Shown: positions 39,173 to 53,048 of the stretch, piece after piece
Layout: the number at the start of each line of letters is the position of its first letter
Numbering within the stretch: the first letter of the stretch is position 1
NCBI GenBank assembly: GCA_015680685.1
Contig: MNCI01001768.1
Coordinates: 352,974-416,973 of the forward strand
DNA from: Gnetum montanum
Lineage: Eukaryota; Plantae; Gnetophyta
Direction: 5' to 3'
DNA length: 64,000 nucleotides
Notes under the pieces: generated by a model
Database searches by the model: none
Seen by the model: the letters and a program-made list of their open reading frames with translations, nothing else
Told to the model about the DNA's origin: nothing
Program-made: the position numbers and the translations under genes

Positions 39173-39344
39173 GGCATGCCCTTAGTTCACCTGCATATCT
39201 CATTGTTCTTTGCCTATATAGTTACGATTCCATTGTTGTTTACATCTTGCATTAGTTATCTCATTTCTTTAGTTTATGTGATTTCATTTAGCCTTTTTTG
39301 TTCTTAAAAAAATAAAAATAAATAAAAAGAAAACTTTGATGTCC

Positions 39345-39500
39345 CAGAAAGGCCTTAAACTATTGCATGGCTCAGAAAGGCCTTAAACTACCATATGGCC
39401 AGCTAAGGCCTAAAACTAGCAATGTACTTCCTTCCTACATGATAGCCCAAAACAACCTTAAATTAGTGATGGCCCTTTTACCATGGCCTTAAACTAGCAT
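39345..39500. repeat. Tandem array (ggccttaaacta core) after the protease of C
   Basis: About 5 degenerate copies; reverse complement of the A/B array motif. Confidence 0.7.
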
Positions 39501-39699
39501 GGGTCCACAAGGGGCCTAATTGCATCAATCAAATCACAAGTTAAAATTACAACAAAATTACATAAAATACAACAAAATGACAAGAAAATAATTGTTATAT
39601 TTCATTAAATTATCAATAAGGTATATAGTTTAAGTTTGCATGCATTAATAAAATTTTCAAAAATGCAAAATTGCCCAATAGCAGGGCTACATTTTAGGA

Positions 39700-42600
39700 A
39701 TCTTAGGTTGTAGTGTTTAGTGGAGGTTAGGGCTCTTCTTCTTCCTCTTCATTCCCTTCTCTGCTGGTTCCTATGCCATCACCCAGAACCTACATTGAAT
39801 AAAAATAAAATAATAAATTAGAAAAAAAATAAGGTAACATGTAACATTGCAATAAAATAAAAATAATGCAAACTAGACCAACCTGAGAAGGGCTTGCATT
39901 CATGTCTGGGGCATCTTGTGAAGGACTGCCTCCAGGCATTAGAGGCTTTTGTCCACCAGTAATTGTGTCTAGTCCTCCTCACGAAGGTCAATACCTGTGA
40001 GGGTTTTCCATTTTTATATAACTATTCATGAGGGTGGCCTTGATGAAAGTCTAGCAGAAGTAACCTCTCTAGAAGGTATAGTGATCTATCTCTCTAGGGT
40101 TCCACTTACCACTACATTGCTTGCAAATAGTTCATAAGCTTGTGTTGCATCGATTGCATCAAGAAATATCTCTCGATAACAATGCTTCATGGACTCATCT
40201 CTATAATTTTTATGGTAGGCTTTGTGTTCTTTCTTGTAGTGGTACTTATGATTATTTTGAGTCTAGCCTCACTCATACACTTTCATACTATAATCCTTCC
40301 AGTCTTGATTTTTCCTTGTTAATAGGGCCATTTGCAATCGTTGCTCTATCACCTCATGGGTAGCTTTGTTCTTTCCCCAAACAGCTAACCAATACCTAGC
40401 AAAATTAATTTTGGCTATGTGCTAGCTACCATTTTGTTTATCACATGCCATTAGGAAGTCATAGCAGGACTAAAAGTCCTTCAAATTTACCTCCTGGCTT
40501 ACTTCATTTTTCTAAAGCTCTTGCACCCATTTTCACAAGTGCTTGTTAACACACTTGCACTCCCACAATGCTCTCGCAGAGTACAACACACATTTTCTTG
40601 CCTTTTCATACACATGGCAAGGAACTTTCCCCACTTTAGGGGGGGAGGGGAGGGAACTCAGGCACTGTACCAACCTAGACTGCCTTGTTTGGGTCCCACT
40701 TAAGTTGTGAACCTTTTAATACATAACAAGCAAAGACAACGTTAGCTACAAAACAAGCAAGAAAATTAGCAAAAAATAATAAATAATAAAAATAGGCATA
40801 CCAATCTCAAGGTTTGTTTGTTGTATGAAATTTATCATGTCATCCACCATGCCTTGCATGAAGGCAAACTTATTTGGAGCCTCCATCCATGGTTACATGC
40901 TGAAGGTGGATGTGGATGCTGGACGTTCAGCGGAAACACCAACAACTACAACATAATAGCCAAGGGTGTAAGAGCTGAAAAAAAAGAGGAGAACAACAAA
41001 AGAAATAATAATAATAATAAATACAAAAAAAGGAGAAAGATGGAAATGTAAATCTCCTACCCAACAAGCCCTTAGGTGTGAGAGTGGGGGGATCATCCAT
41101 TTGCACATCATTAAATAAATTTTCAAACTCACCCCTTCAAATTGCAACCCTTCTTCTTTGAGTTTCCTTAGCACTTTGGCAGCTTTCTGCTCCTCTTCAT
41201 CTATCATTTGTCCTTCAAGTTGAGGGACATCATCCTCTACAGGCTCCATTACCACTGCAAGGGTCCTCCTGCTTGTATCACACAACTTAGCTTTAGAATT
41301 ATCAATAATAAGTATAATATAGCATGACACATTACAACAGTAGCTAATGATGCATACTTACCTGTAATTCCTGAGCGCACATCATGAAGCTTAAACCACA
41401 GCTTTTTCCCACCCTCCTCTACTTCACACACAAGCTCCTTAGTGGGGCATGGTTTCTTGATCTTTATTTTAGATGATCTCACTATCTCAGTAATGAGTCA
41501 TGCCCCTCTCACTACATTTCTAGTGTTGGTTAGTGGGCCTCCTTCACACTATCACATGTGCGGTAGGATCATCTCACATTACCTTTAGTTGTTACCAAAA
41601 AAACTTGCTAATTACCTTTGGAGAATCTTATGGCCGCATAATGTTGAACATGTGAAAAATCTATGGCCTAGAGATTTGATTGCGGTCTTGTACCATCCAT
41701 AGTCTATTTTCACGAATCACCAAAAACTCTGTAAATCTTTGTAGGTATGCTATCAAGAATGCAAAGTGCATGTGTGATTGTGCTTAAAGGTTTTGTCACA
41801 ACCTAACAATTTCAACACGTAGGCTATTGGCAGGGTGAGAGGCCCAGTTATACCACATCCCCTCCTCTATTACATACCTCATCACCTAATCTTTCTCAAC
41901 CCCAAGAATCTTTCCTTAGGAAAGAAATTTTGGAAATGCATAAGCTTGGAAGACTGGGTAGAGGTGGTGGACCATGGGTACCCTCACCTCCTTAACTGGT
42001 ATTCTTTTACAAACCTTGGAAGTGCCCAACCACTCTTCAATGTCCCCTCTATGGTCTAGGTTTTTGTTGATCTTTTCAGCAACTGGTAGGCCCTCAAAGG
42101 GAATGCCAAAGAGATTTGCAAATAATTCATCCATGATTTTAAAGGTTACCCATACATTATGAGCTCATGTGCTAAAGCGATTGATGCTCTCAATAAAGGA
42201 GTTAATCACAATAATCACTTCGGCCACTGGAACACCTAGACTAATGGCCAAGAAAAGGTCTGTGAGGCCAGCCTGCTAAAGATTCTTCGCTATCTCTATT
42301 GGGGCCTCATAACACAACCAACACTGTGAACTCTTAACCTCACCATATTTAAAGATGAGAGTGGCCTTAGTGTGACTTGTGGCAACCATCATGACTTCTT
42401 CAGACCTAACCATGGCTATAATAAGCTAGGGTAAAATTAGCGACATGAGAAAAATAAAGTAGAAAACATGTAAAAATGAGTGACACATGACTCACGTGGC
42501 ATGAATGGTGTGCAGGATGGTGGTAGTGGGGTTAAAACTTCCTCCATGCTAGGTATGTCGGTTTTCCACTTAGTGTCTAATAAGCCAAGAGTCTGACACC

Positions 42601-44394
42601 TCTTGTAAGACTTAGAATATCAATGAGGGAGTTCTGCTAGGTCTACCCCAATCTACCCTATCATTGCATCATGAACATTCTCACAAGTTGAAAATTCCTG
42701 TAGGATAGTAAGGGTCAAATTCAATGCCCCCTCTTCATCATGGAGGCCATCTATGTCAATGGTAAACCTAGCAATGAACATGAGTGATTAGCATCTTAAG
42801 TAACAATCTAATAGGTAGTACAAGAAATTGTAAAAGGACTCACCCTCTAGCACAATACATTATCCTAGGTGGGTTTTGGAAAAGAGTGTCTATGTGTCAG
42901 GAAATAAATAAAGTGTTGTTCTTATTATAACACTAAAATTTTGGCATCTCCTAGAACCTGGACAAATGCCTAAGGCCCTTGCAGCTTAGGCCTAAACTCC
43001 CTACTCCTTCATTGCCAATAGGCTCATCAGATATGAACCTTAAGATGCCTTAGTTTGCCCCAGGCAATAGTGTTTCTGTTATGATGCTCATTGCTTCAAT
43101 TGCCAAGTGTGACCATATCATCACACTAAAGTGGTGGAGAAAAAATTCTAGGAATTCTATCGCTCTTGACCTAAACCATATTGCGTGGTGGCCCACACAT
43201 GTGTCTGGTGTAGGCACATATGGTACAAGCTCACTCATGTAGTACAAGATGCCCACCAACTCAACTACGATGAGGATGGGTTTTAACAATACCCTGTAGC
43301 CAAAATAGTGACAAGAATAGAATGTTAGCATTGGATATGAAAATAAAACACACATAAAAAAATTTTAGACTTAACATATTAAGAAAAATCTTAACTTTCC
43401 TACCAAGCCCCATGGGAAAGGGACGTTGATATACCCATCTAACATGCCTAGTCCCCAATAGGGCACAACACTAACATCTACGTTGCATATTTACAAACAT
43501 GATTTTGAAAATATCAAAAAAAATTCACTAAGTGTTGGTTATGCTCCCTATAGAGCATAACCCTCAAAATTAGAAAAAAAGGTCTAAGTGTTGGTTATGC
43601 TCCTTGCTAAGCATAACAACTACAAAATTTTTCAAAATGTTGGCTATGCTCTTTGTCAATCATAAGAACCACAAAAATTTCTAACTGTAAAAAAAATTTT
43701 CAAACTGTAGGATACACTCATTGTAGAGTGTAACCTATTGACTACGTTGTCTATAGAGCATGACACCAAAAAATCATAAAAAAAATTTAACTTTTGTTAC
43801 ACTCTCAGGAATGTACCCTAGTGTGATAGTCGTGACCCTCACAGTCGTCCTGCCTGGAGCATCATGCTTTACATTTGCTTTCAAGTCATCTTGGAAAAGC
43901 CCTATCCCGTGTCATGTGCAGGATGCCAAAAAAAAAGCCTATCCCATGTTACCCATGTGATGCCAAAAAAAGTGCCTATCTCACATCACATGTGGGACAT
44001 CAAAAAATGCCCCAAACACTTGTCCCACATCATGTGCATGATGCCAAGAAAACCCCTATCCTATGTTGCACACAAGATGTCAAACCCTCAACACAAAAAA
44101 TCAAAAACTGAAATATAAAAATGTACTACATGCATTCCCTCCTTTGGCTATGACTCAAGGCAGTTGAGGTAGTGGTGGTGGTCCTTTCCTAAGGAAAGCT
44201 ACCCTCAAAACCCCAGAAACCCCTAAAGAAGAAGAAGAAAAATAGAAATCACAAAGGGAGAGCATAATGCCTTACCTAGCCAATGGTGTCTTCATGTGGT
44301 CTTCTATGTGCACCTTGGGAAGGTGCCTCAGTGTGTGCTCTCCTTCATCCAAATTGGTGAGGCTAGGATGTTGGGGTTCACTATGATGCATCAT
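39700..44394 (-). pseudogene. Antisense multi-exon accessory gene of C
   Basis: Exon 1 is 44276-44394 (119 nt). Exon 2 is 42844-43293 (450 nt; LLKPILIVVELVGIL...IWFRSRAIEFLEFFLHHFSVMIWS). Exon 3 is 42496-42767. The PMD-like exon contains MDELFANLFGIP. Later donors lie near 41360, 41060, 40800 and 39882. Confidence 0.8.
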
Positions 44395-45026
44395 GATTGA
44401 TTATTACGTTGCTACTTTCTTCTTCTCTGTTACACTCTAGCTTCCTCTCTATCGTTACTACGCTCTATCTCCCTTTGCTCTAGTCGCACTATGCTTGGTG
44501 ATTGTTTGCTTCAACTTTGAAAATGATAGGTTTACTATGGTAAAATCCCTATTTATACCCATCTAGGTTGAAGGACACATCACCCTCCCAGGGCCTATCC
44601 CATGTCTCATGCATAACGTAGGATTGTACCATGTCCTATGCATAACGCAAAACGAGCAATAGCACCTAGAGTTAGAAATTTTTTTTTTTACTTTTCTAGT
44701 ATCTCCATACTTAGAAAATTTTTTGCATTTTTTCTAATTACCCAATAAATGCCTAGCTTAGCCCCATGTTTAAAACCTTTCAAGCCTTTCTTAAACCAAT
44801 GTTTCCCACATAAACTGCAATTTGCGATAACCTTAAACTAGCAATTTTATGGCAATTGAGTTCCCAAAATTACTTTACGTACTTGCTTATTTGATTCGAA
44901 AACTGTGTAATTAGGAAAATTTTCATGACATTGTCTTCCTTATTTTATGAATTTTTTCCATATTAAGATAGGTGCAACTTGACATTTTTTTGGTTATTTT
45001 GTAGAATTTTTTCCCAAGATTGCAAA

Positions 45027-48000
45027 ATGAATGCATATGAGCATCTTCATGCATCCTTAGCCTTGATTAGGCATTATGGCGATTCCATGAGATGCATAAA
45101 CACTAAGCTCTTAAACTTTGAACCAATGACTTTTGATGCAAATGTAGCATCCTTAGAGACATCTCTAGACTAGCCAAACCATGTAGTTAGAGCTCTAGAC
45201 CTAGAGGCAAGTGATGTAATCGAGGATCCTCTCATTGAAGTCCTTGTAGTAACATGTAAAGGCAAGGCAAAGACATTGAAATTTAGTTCTTTGTTAGAGC
45301 CTCAAATCAAACAAAGAATCTCTAAAATTCTGAATGATAATGTCAAGGTGTTTACATGGTTCTATGAGGACATGCTGAGCTTGGACCCTCACATGATACA
45401 ACACAACATTATCCTTGATCCTTGCATAAAACCAATTAAATAAAAAACTCACAAAGTCAAACCTAAGGTAGCCTTGGCAGTTCATGATGAAATCACTAAG
45501 CTTTACAAAGCTGGTTTCATTTGGGTAGTTGATTATACTAACTAGGTTTTAAACATTGCAATTGTTCCTAAGAAAAATAAGAGCATACGCATTTGCATAG
45601 ACTTCTGGGACTTAAACAAGGCAACCATCAAAGATAACTTCCCATTACCTAGTATTGACCAACTCATTAATACTATGATTGGTCATGTCTTGTTATTCTT
45701 TATGGATGGGTTCTCAAGGTACAACCAAATTCAAATCAACCTAGATCACTAGCTCAGCACCACCTTCATGATCTCTTCGGGCATGTTTTACTATACAATG
45801 ATGCTTATTGGACTAAAGAATGTAGGAGCAACTTCCCAATGTGGGATGACATATATCTTTAGTGACTATCTACTAGACGTGCTCAATGACTACATTGATG
45901 ATATAGCAGTTAAGTCAAAGTTAGCTGATGACCATGCAAATGAATTGGATCACGTCCTCAAACGTTACCTTAGATATGACCTTAGGCTAAATCCTAAGAA
46001 GTGCATCTTTGGCATCAAAACTAGTTGCATGCTAGGCTTTGTAGTATCAGAAGCAAGTATATGTGTAGACCCCAATAAGGTTAAGGCTATAACCAAATTA
46101 GTGCCACTGGAAAACCTTCAGAAGCTACACAAGTTACAAGGTAGATTACAATTCATATGTAGGTTTATCGCCAAGTTGACTGATAAGTTGTAGTCAATGC
46201 AACATTTTCTTAAAAAGGGGATCCACTTTGAGTGGATAGCTTCATGCCAAGAGGCATTTGACAACCTCAAAAAAGAGTTGCCTCAACTTTCAACAATCTA
46301 TCCTCCACAAGGGAATAATCCATTCTACATTTACCTTGCAACCTTAAATACGTCCATTGCTTCTCTAGTTTGCAAAAATCTAGACAATGGCTCGGAGGTC
46401 CCTGTTTACTACTTAAGCCATGCACTAGTGGCCCACGAGGAAAAATAAAACAATGTAGAGAAGAACTATCTTTCCTTAGTCTTTGCACTCAAAAAATGGA
46501 GACACTATCTTTTTCGTAGTGAGTTTAATTTTATCTACAAAAGTAATGTACTTTAGGTGATTACTACAAACATGTATGAAAGTAGTCAAATTGCATGATG
46601 AAAGGCAATAACTGTGGAGTTTGACCTACACTACATAGCACAAGCATTCATAAAGTGTCAAGCAATAGCCATAGAACTCATGGCTTCACCCATAGATGAT
46701 CAAGCAACAATAGATTTGGAATTTCCAGATGAGCATGTTAATAGCATAAGTCAAGTTCCTGCAAACTTTGAAGCAATTTTACACTTTGATGGTTCTTTAA
46801 CCATACAAGGTGGTAGTGCCGCTACTGTTATCACATTTCCCTCTAGGGAGATATAACCCTATGCATATCATTTTGCATTTCCTTGCTTAAATAATGTGGT
46901 GAAGTATGAAGGTCTTCTTAGAGCTGTCTTAGAAGCTCATGATTTAGGAATCCTGAACATAGTAATCCGAGGCAATTCATAGCTTGTTGTCAACCAAGTT
47001 ATATAGGTTTATGCTTACAAGGCACAAAATTTACAACCTTATTGTGATTTGGCAAAACACTTGGTCAAAAAATTTGCAACCGTTGATGTCCAACACATCC
47101 CCCACAATGAAAACACCATTACTAATACATTAGCCACTTTAGCCTTAAACATAGCACCCAACATGTTTTCTACATTACCTACTTTGATAGTGGATTATAC
47201 AAAACCTATAACTCAAACAACAAGCATTGCATTGCATCCATAGATGTGACAAGCACAACTAATGCTCAAGAGTGGTATGATGATATTAAGACATACCTCC
47301 AACAGGGAGAGCCTCCACAAAATTTAATCCCTACCCAAAAGGATGTAGTATGAAAGTGGTCATAGAAATACATCCTTGTAGGTGATAACACCTTGTTTTG
47401 TAGACCCTATGATGGAATACTGTTAACTTGCGTTAGCAGTAGTGAAGTGTAAACAATCATCGATCAAGTCCATGAGGGACTATGTAGAGGCTACATAGCC
47501 CCAGGGAAATGGCAACAAAAATCAAACGTCTAGGCTATTGTTGGCCTTACATGGAGTTTGATTGCATTTCCAATGTTAGAACATGTGATGTGTGTTAGCG
47601 ACATGGTAGCCTAATGCACATGCCACCCACTAAATTGCATACTACACAGATCACTTGGCCATTTCAATGTTGGTGGTTGGACATCATTGGATCCATAACG
47701 CCTAAGTCTTCTGTAGGACATAGCTTCATCATTATCACAACTAAATATTTTACCAAGTAGGTTGAGACCATTTCCCTCAGAAAGAAAACATCACAACAAG
47801 TCTGCAAATTCATTCTAGAGAACATAGTGACCCAATTTGGTCTACCCATGACTATAGTCATAGACAACAGGCCAAAATGTAGCAATGCAAAAACTAAAGC
47901 CTTCTCTAAACACCTTAGCATTAAACATTCCTTTTCAGCATCATACTACCCACAGGTGAATGGTCAAGTAGAGGCTACAAACAAATTCATCATTAGCCTT

Positions 48001-48513
48001 TTGAAGAGGATGCTCAGTAATAGTAAGCAACAATGGCATGAATATCTAGTCTACATGTTATGGGTCTACCATATGACATGTAGAACAACAATAGGTAAGA
48101 CACCATATAGTCTTGTGTATGGATCTAAAGAAATGCTACCTCTTAAATTATAGGTCCCATCACTCCGTATGATCCTCTTGAGCTTCATTGATGAGGTTTA
48201 GAATAATGAGTTGAGAATCATTAACCTCAAATATATAGAGGAGGAGTGCATCCAAACACTTGATCACATCGAGTGGTACCATGAAAAGTAATGGCAAAAA
48301 CATTGCCACAATTAGCACCAATGCCTAATCAAGAAGTGGGACCTAGTCCTCAAGGCAATTCATGAGCCTGTAGATAAATTCTCAACTAACTGGGAAGGGA
48401 CCTTCTTGGTCATAAAGGCCTTTGACAATCGAGCATTCAAGCTTACTGCTCTAGATGGAAATGAGTTTGCCAATCCAATTAACCACTCATACCTAAAGCC
48501 ATACTACACCTAG
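45027..48513 (+). pseudogene. pol: pol of C: RT-RH-aRH-INT, degraded
   Basis: Motifs DYIDD, PVYYLSH, LHFDGS, YYPQVNGQVEATNK and NHSYLKPYYT*. Confidence 0.92.
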
Positions 48514-48559
48514 TATGTAGTATCATGCCAATGACAAAGCAAGGTAAGTGAATGTTTTC

Positions 48560-48770
48560 TATGATGTTAAACTAGCATAGAACATCTGCTATGACATTAA
48601 ACTAGCACAAAATGTCCTTGGGCTATGATGTTAAACTAGTACCCATAGCATGGTCCGCTATGATCTTAAACTAGCCATCCATTATCTTCTACAACATTAA
48701 ACTAGCACAATAGTTTTCTAGGACCTTAAACTAATATAGCATGTGGTCTACCAAGACTTAAAACTAGATT
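48560..48770. repeat. Tandem array (ttaaactagc core) downstream of integrase in C
   Basis: About 7 copies of the form atgatgttaaactagca. Confidence 0.8.
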
Positions 48771-49312
48771 TTCAGTTCAACATCCATAGTTCAACACACA
48801 TAGTTCTATAGACAAGCAAGCATGAATACTTCCAATCCTTTGTTGCCTGCCCACACCTTTTGGGCAAGATGGGGTGGGGCATTGCAATTCTAGAATGAAG
48901 TTCATGTTGTCAAGGAAAAACCATCTAGGACATTTAAAATGTCACCATCCTTGACATCTTGTTGATCTTTCAAAGATTCCTTTTGGCATCTTACTAAACT
49001 TCTGGAGCTACCACCACCATTTCCAATCATCTTGGTTGGAGCTCTCACCATCGACATCACTTGCCGAAGAACCAAAGGTACTGTGGCCCAGCCATAGTAC
49101 TACCATCCTTTGGGCTTTACCATTTCCTAAGCTTAGAAGAGCATCTAGCAGTGTGATTCTTCATCATATTATTGTGCTTTCTATCTCTTGTATTTAGTGA
49201 GAACTCCTGAGCACCTGCATCACCATCACCTTTAGATACTTGGGTTCTCACTTCTAGTGAAACTGCTAGAGCTTTTGGAGCCTTCAACCACCAACGCTTG
49301 CGCTAACCTTTC

Positions 49313-52023
49313 TGTTGGCACATTTTCAGCCACTACATGGAGCAGGAGTTTCAGTTTGCTTAAGAAGAATAAAAATGAAATAGGTGTTTAAGATTCGGAT
49401 GAGTTTTATGATGATAAACACATATTTGATTTTTACCTTACATTGGGCATTGCAGCACATTACAAACTTAGATTGGCTCAGTAACGGTGGCAGACAAGGA
49501 ATATACAGGGCTTGACCACAAATATATCAAGCATAAATAATATTCAAAAATGATGTGGTTCTTTTGGTAAACCAAGAGTTTTCAAGAATGATGAAAGTTT
49601 TCTGAATTATGAAAGCCAAAGAACAGAGGAAATGAACTCTGTGTTGAGAAGAAACAGCTACTAAATACTGTCAGAAACAGGATTAAACACCAAGAGAAAA
49701 AACGTAGTATCAATGGCAATAAAAACGCAGTGATGCTTGCTGCTAAAATGTTGCCAAGAAAATGACAGAAATACCTTCATGTTCCACTTAAAATTTTGTC
49801 AAACGCTTTCCGCGAAGGGTTTCTTTATTCTGTTTCTGCAATGAACTTAATCTCCTGGCCAAAGAGTACAGCGGATGAATGAAACAGGGTCAGAACGTAG
49901 CTGGTTGCTACGCCCACGCCTATGCCTGCAATCTGGGACGGTTACCAGCAAAAAACTATCAAATAAAATACGGATGTGCCAGACATGGACGCTGCCCACG
50001 AATAGGGGCAAGACACCATTGCAGGGGGTTCTCAAATTCAATTTATTACACCGTTGATATGAGTAACTGATGCCGAGCTCCGCAAAAAGGCTATTCAAAC
50101 TGCAATCATGTTTTGGGGTTCAATAGATGATGCAGCCATGGCAGACGCGGGAGACGCGGGGATGGCGGTAGCAAAGCAGCGGCAAGGTTTCGGCGACGTC
50201 AGCCACAAACCGACAGTGGCAATCGTGACCTTGGGCCAATCCGACGTAGAGCGGTGGCAAGGAAAATAACGGATGGAGCAGTCCGGAGGAGGAAGAAACG
50301 CAAATCGCAGAAGGAAGGAGCGCACACAGAGGAAGCAAAGTAACGCGGTTAACCACGTTGGAAAACATTAACACTTGAAAAATATTTACCCTCCCCCAAA
50401 GATAGCGTATTTACTGTTTCATAAAGTTAATTTTACAAATAATTATATTTCTAACAAATGAAACATAGCCACAAAAATAATTATTGAATTGTTGGATACT
50501 TACCTAGGTATTTAAATTATATGCAAAGGCCAAATTCTTGTATCATGTATGATGTAAACACTTGTCAGTTGCAGATTTTCTCTTCATAACTACGTAACTT
50601 TCTCCTAGCTTGTTGGGAAAGTAATCTTCTAATTGGTTAGTCAGGTTACTTGAGAGGAACGTTAGGAGAGATGTTATTGAAGATATTTTTGGATATTTGA
50701 AAATTGCAACTTCCTTATACATCATTCAGAAGACTTGACATCTCATTTGGAAGAAGTAAAATCAAAGGGATAAATATGTATGGAGTACTATAGCTTGTAT
50801 CCCTATGTATTTTGTTTATATTGTACTTTAATGACCAAGGCCACTTGTCAACTTCCTCATCTCTTTTTGTGGCTAAAAACCACCCAAAATTGTTGTAACT
50901 TACCTAACTTGTTGGGCAAGAAACCACCTAACTTGTTGGATAAGTAATTTTCTAATTGGTTGGCTAAGTGACTTGGGAGAGAAGTTAGGTGAGATATTTT
51001 TTTAAATTTGTAACTTCCCTACCTACCTTTGAACCCTATAAAAGGATGGCGAGGAAGCATCATCATCACACAAGGGGTCTCACACTTGGAAGATTTGTAA
51101 AGAAGATTTCTTGGAAGATGGCTTGCTAGAATAAAGATTTCAGCCTCTTTGTCATGGTCCTGTGAGTTATGNNNNNNNNNNNNNNNNNNNNNNNNNNNNN
51201 NNNNNNNNNNNNNNNNNNNNNNNNNNNNNNNNNNNNNNNNNNNNNNNNNNNNNNNNNNNNNNNNNNNNNNNNNNNNNNNNNNNNNNNNNNNNNNNNNNNN
51301 NNNNNNNNNNNNNNNNNNNNNNNNNNNNNNNNNNNNNNNNNNNNNNNNNNNNNNNNNNNNNNNNNNNNNNNNNNNNNNNNNNNNNNNNNNNNNNNNNNNN
51401 NNNNNNNNNNNNNNNNNNNNNNNNNNNNNNNNNNNNNNNNNNNNNNNNNNNNNNNNNNNNNNNNNNNNNNNNNNNNNNNNNNNNNNNNNNNNNNNNNNNN
51501 NNNNNNNNNNNNNNNNNNNNNNNNNNNNNNNNNNNNNNNNNNNNNNNNNNNNNNNNNNNNNNNNNNNNNNNNNNNNNNNNNNNNNNNNNNNNNNNNNNNN
51601 NNNNNNNNNNNNNNNNNNNNNNNNNNNNNNNNNNNNNNNNNNNNNNNNNNNNNNNNNNNNNNNNNNNNNNNNNNNNNGATTGCGGAGTTGTGCTCAAATG
51701 TTTTTGCAAAATTTTACTTGTTACAAGCAGGTATTATAAGGACCGCGTAGACTAGGTAGTTGAACAAAATAGGAAACTTTCAATAACTCACAGTACTTGA
51801 TAAAGTTGGCTAAATCTCTTGAAAAGTAAGTCATTTGTAGCTTACACACACGCAATCGTTACATTTCTCACAACTGCACGACGCAACAGCACACACACAT
51901 ACTCACATTAACTACTGAGTCTATTTGGAGGTATCTGGGCCTTGGTGTAGCCAGAGACCAGCAGGCACCTAAATCCTATTCGAGGACACTCATTGACGGT
52001 CGCGTCCCAAACGGTCGCCAACA
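49313..52023. mobile_element. LTR-type insertion E (solo LTR, or an element collapsed across the N-gap)
   Basis: Termini TGTTGGC...GCCAACA with a perfect 5-bp TSD ctttc (49308-49312 and 52024-52028). TATA-like cctataaaagg near 51035. The flanks rejoin as the 3' region of C. Confidence 0.85.
51172..51677. other. Assembly gap
   Basis: Run of N. Confidence 1.
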
Positions 52024-53036
52024 CTTTCTACTTTAAACACTGCATGCATTTACAACTGACATAGCACTCGTAGCCCTTGTAAATAGGACTTCACCTTCAT
52101 CTCACATGGTATGGTTGTTTTTTCTTATTTTCTCTATGTTGCATTTGCAGGATGAAGCCTTGATGGTCTCGTTCAAGGGTGCATTTCATCGCAATGGCAA
52201 GTCATCACATTGCTCTAATGTGTTCACTTTGACTTGCCAATCTACTTAAGAGCGCACATCCCTACTACCCTACTATAGCCAATTAACCTCTACCTCTTGA
52301 TCTTACATCTTCCCACACTGCTTACAAGCCTCTCTAATGCACATGATACCTTTCCTATAGTCAATTGTAGAACCCATAAAAAATGTAATGCAACTCATCT
52401 CATGGGAAGCCTTTGTGGGCTAGTCAAAGCCCCAAATGAATGTAACACAACTCATCTTGAGGAGGAAACACCTATCCTACAAATGCAATGTGGTTGCCTT
52501 TAAGAAAATTTTGTTGAGTGGTGCATAGTCCACCTGGCAACAAAACATTTTTCAAAAAAAAAAAGAAACAAGAAAGTAAAGCAAAACGAAAAGAGAAAGA
52601 CAAATAAAATAAAATCAAAACCAAAAGAAAATGAGACAAAATGAATGTCCAATTAAAATAACATAGTTGCTATTTCATAATTGGTCCAACCCTAGATCGA
52701 CCATCTCATAAGCACTCCAGTAAGAGGTCAAAATCCTAAGGGTAGGCCATCTTTGTATGTTGACTCCCTCACAAGCACTTAATGAGGGATCATGCTTTGG
52801 CAACAAGTGATCATAATGTTGCATCCTACAACCACTTGCACAATGAATATCCCTCCTGCTTGTTACCCCTTAATCCATCTCCCTAACCTAGTCCCTACCA
52901 TATATTCCCTTAGCACTCTCGAGCACAGTGAAGCGTTGTTTAATCAAACAATAATGAGTGGTGTTGGTATCATGTTCACTGTGGTATTTTGTATTCTTTA
53001 TTAATTTTTCTTGGGCCAATCCTCCAAACATCAACA

Positions 53037-53048
53037 AAGAGGGGCTAA
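53037..53048 (+). promoter_or_regulatory. Polypurine tract of C
   Basis: aagaggggctaa followed by TGAAACACC, homologous to the PPT/LTR junction of A. Confidence 0.7.

Noticed and set aside
41004-41021. (AAT)n microsatellite giving an Asn-rich ORF
   Set aside because: A short simple repeat inside a predicted intron.
49430-50380. GC-rich stretch resembling the 5' end of a host gene on minus (ATG AAG followed by GT near 49775; ORFs 50095-50374)
   Set aside because: It lies inside insertion E, bounded by TGTTGGC/GCCAACA and a perfect TSD, and has no recognisable protein motif.
51149-51755. Long ORFs of X (also 29255-29730)
   Set aside because: Caused by N-gaps.
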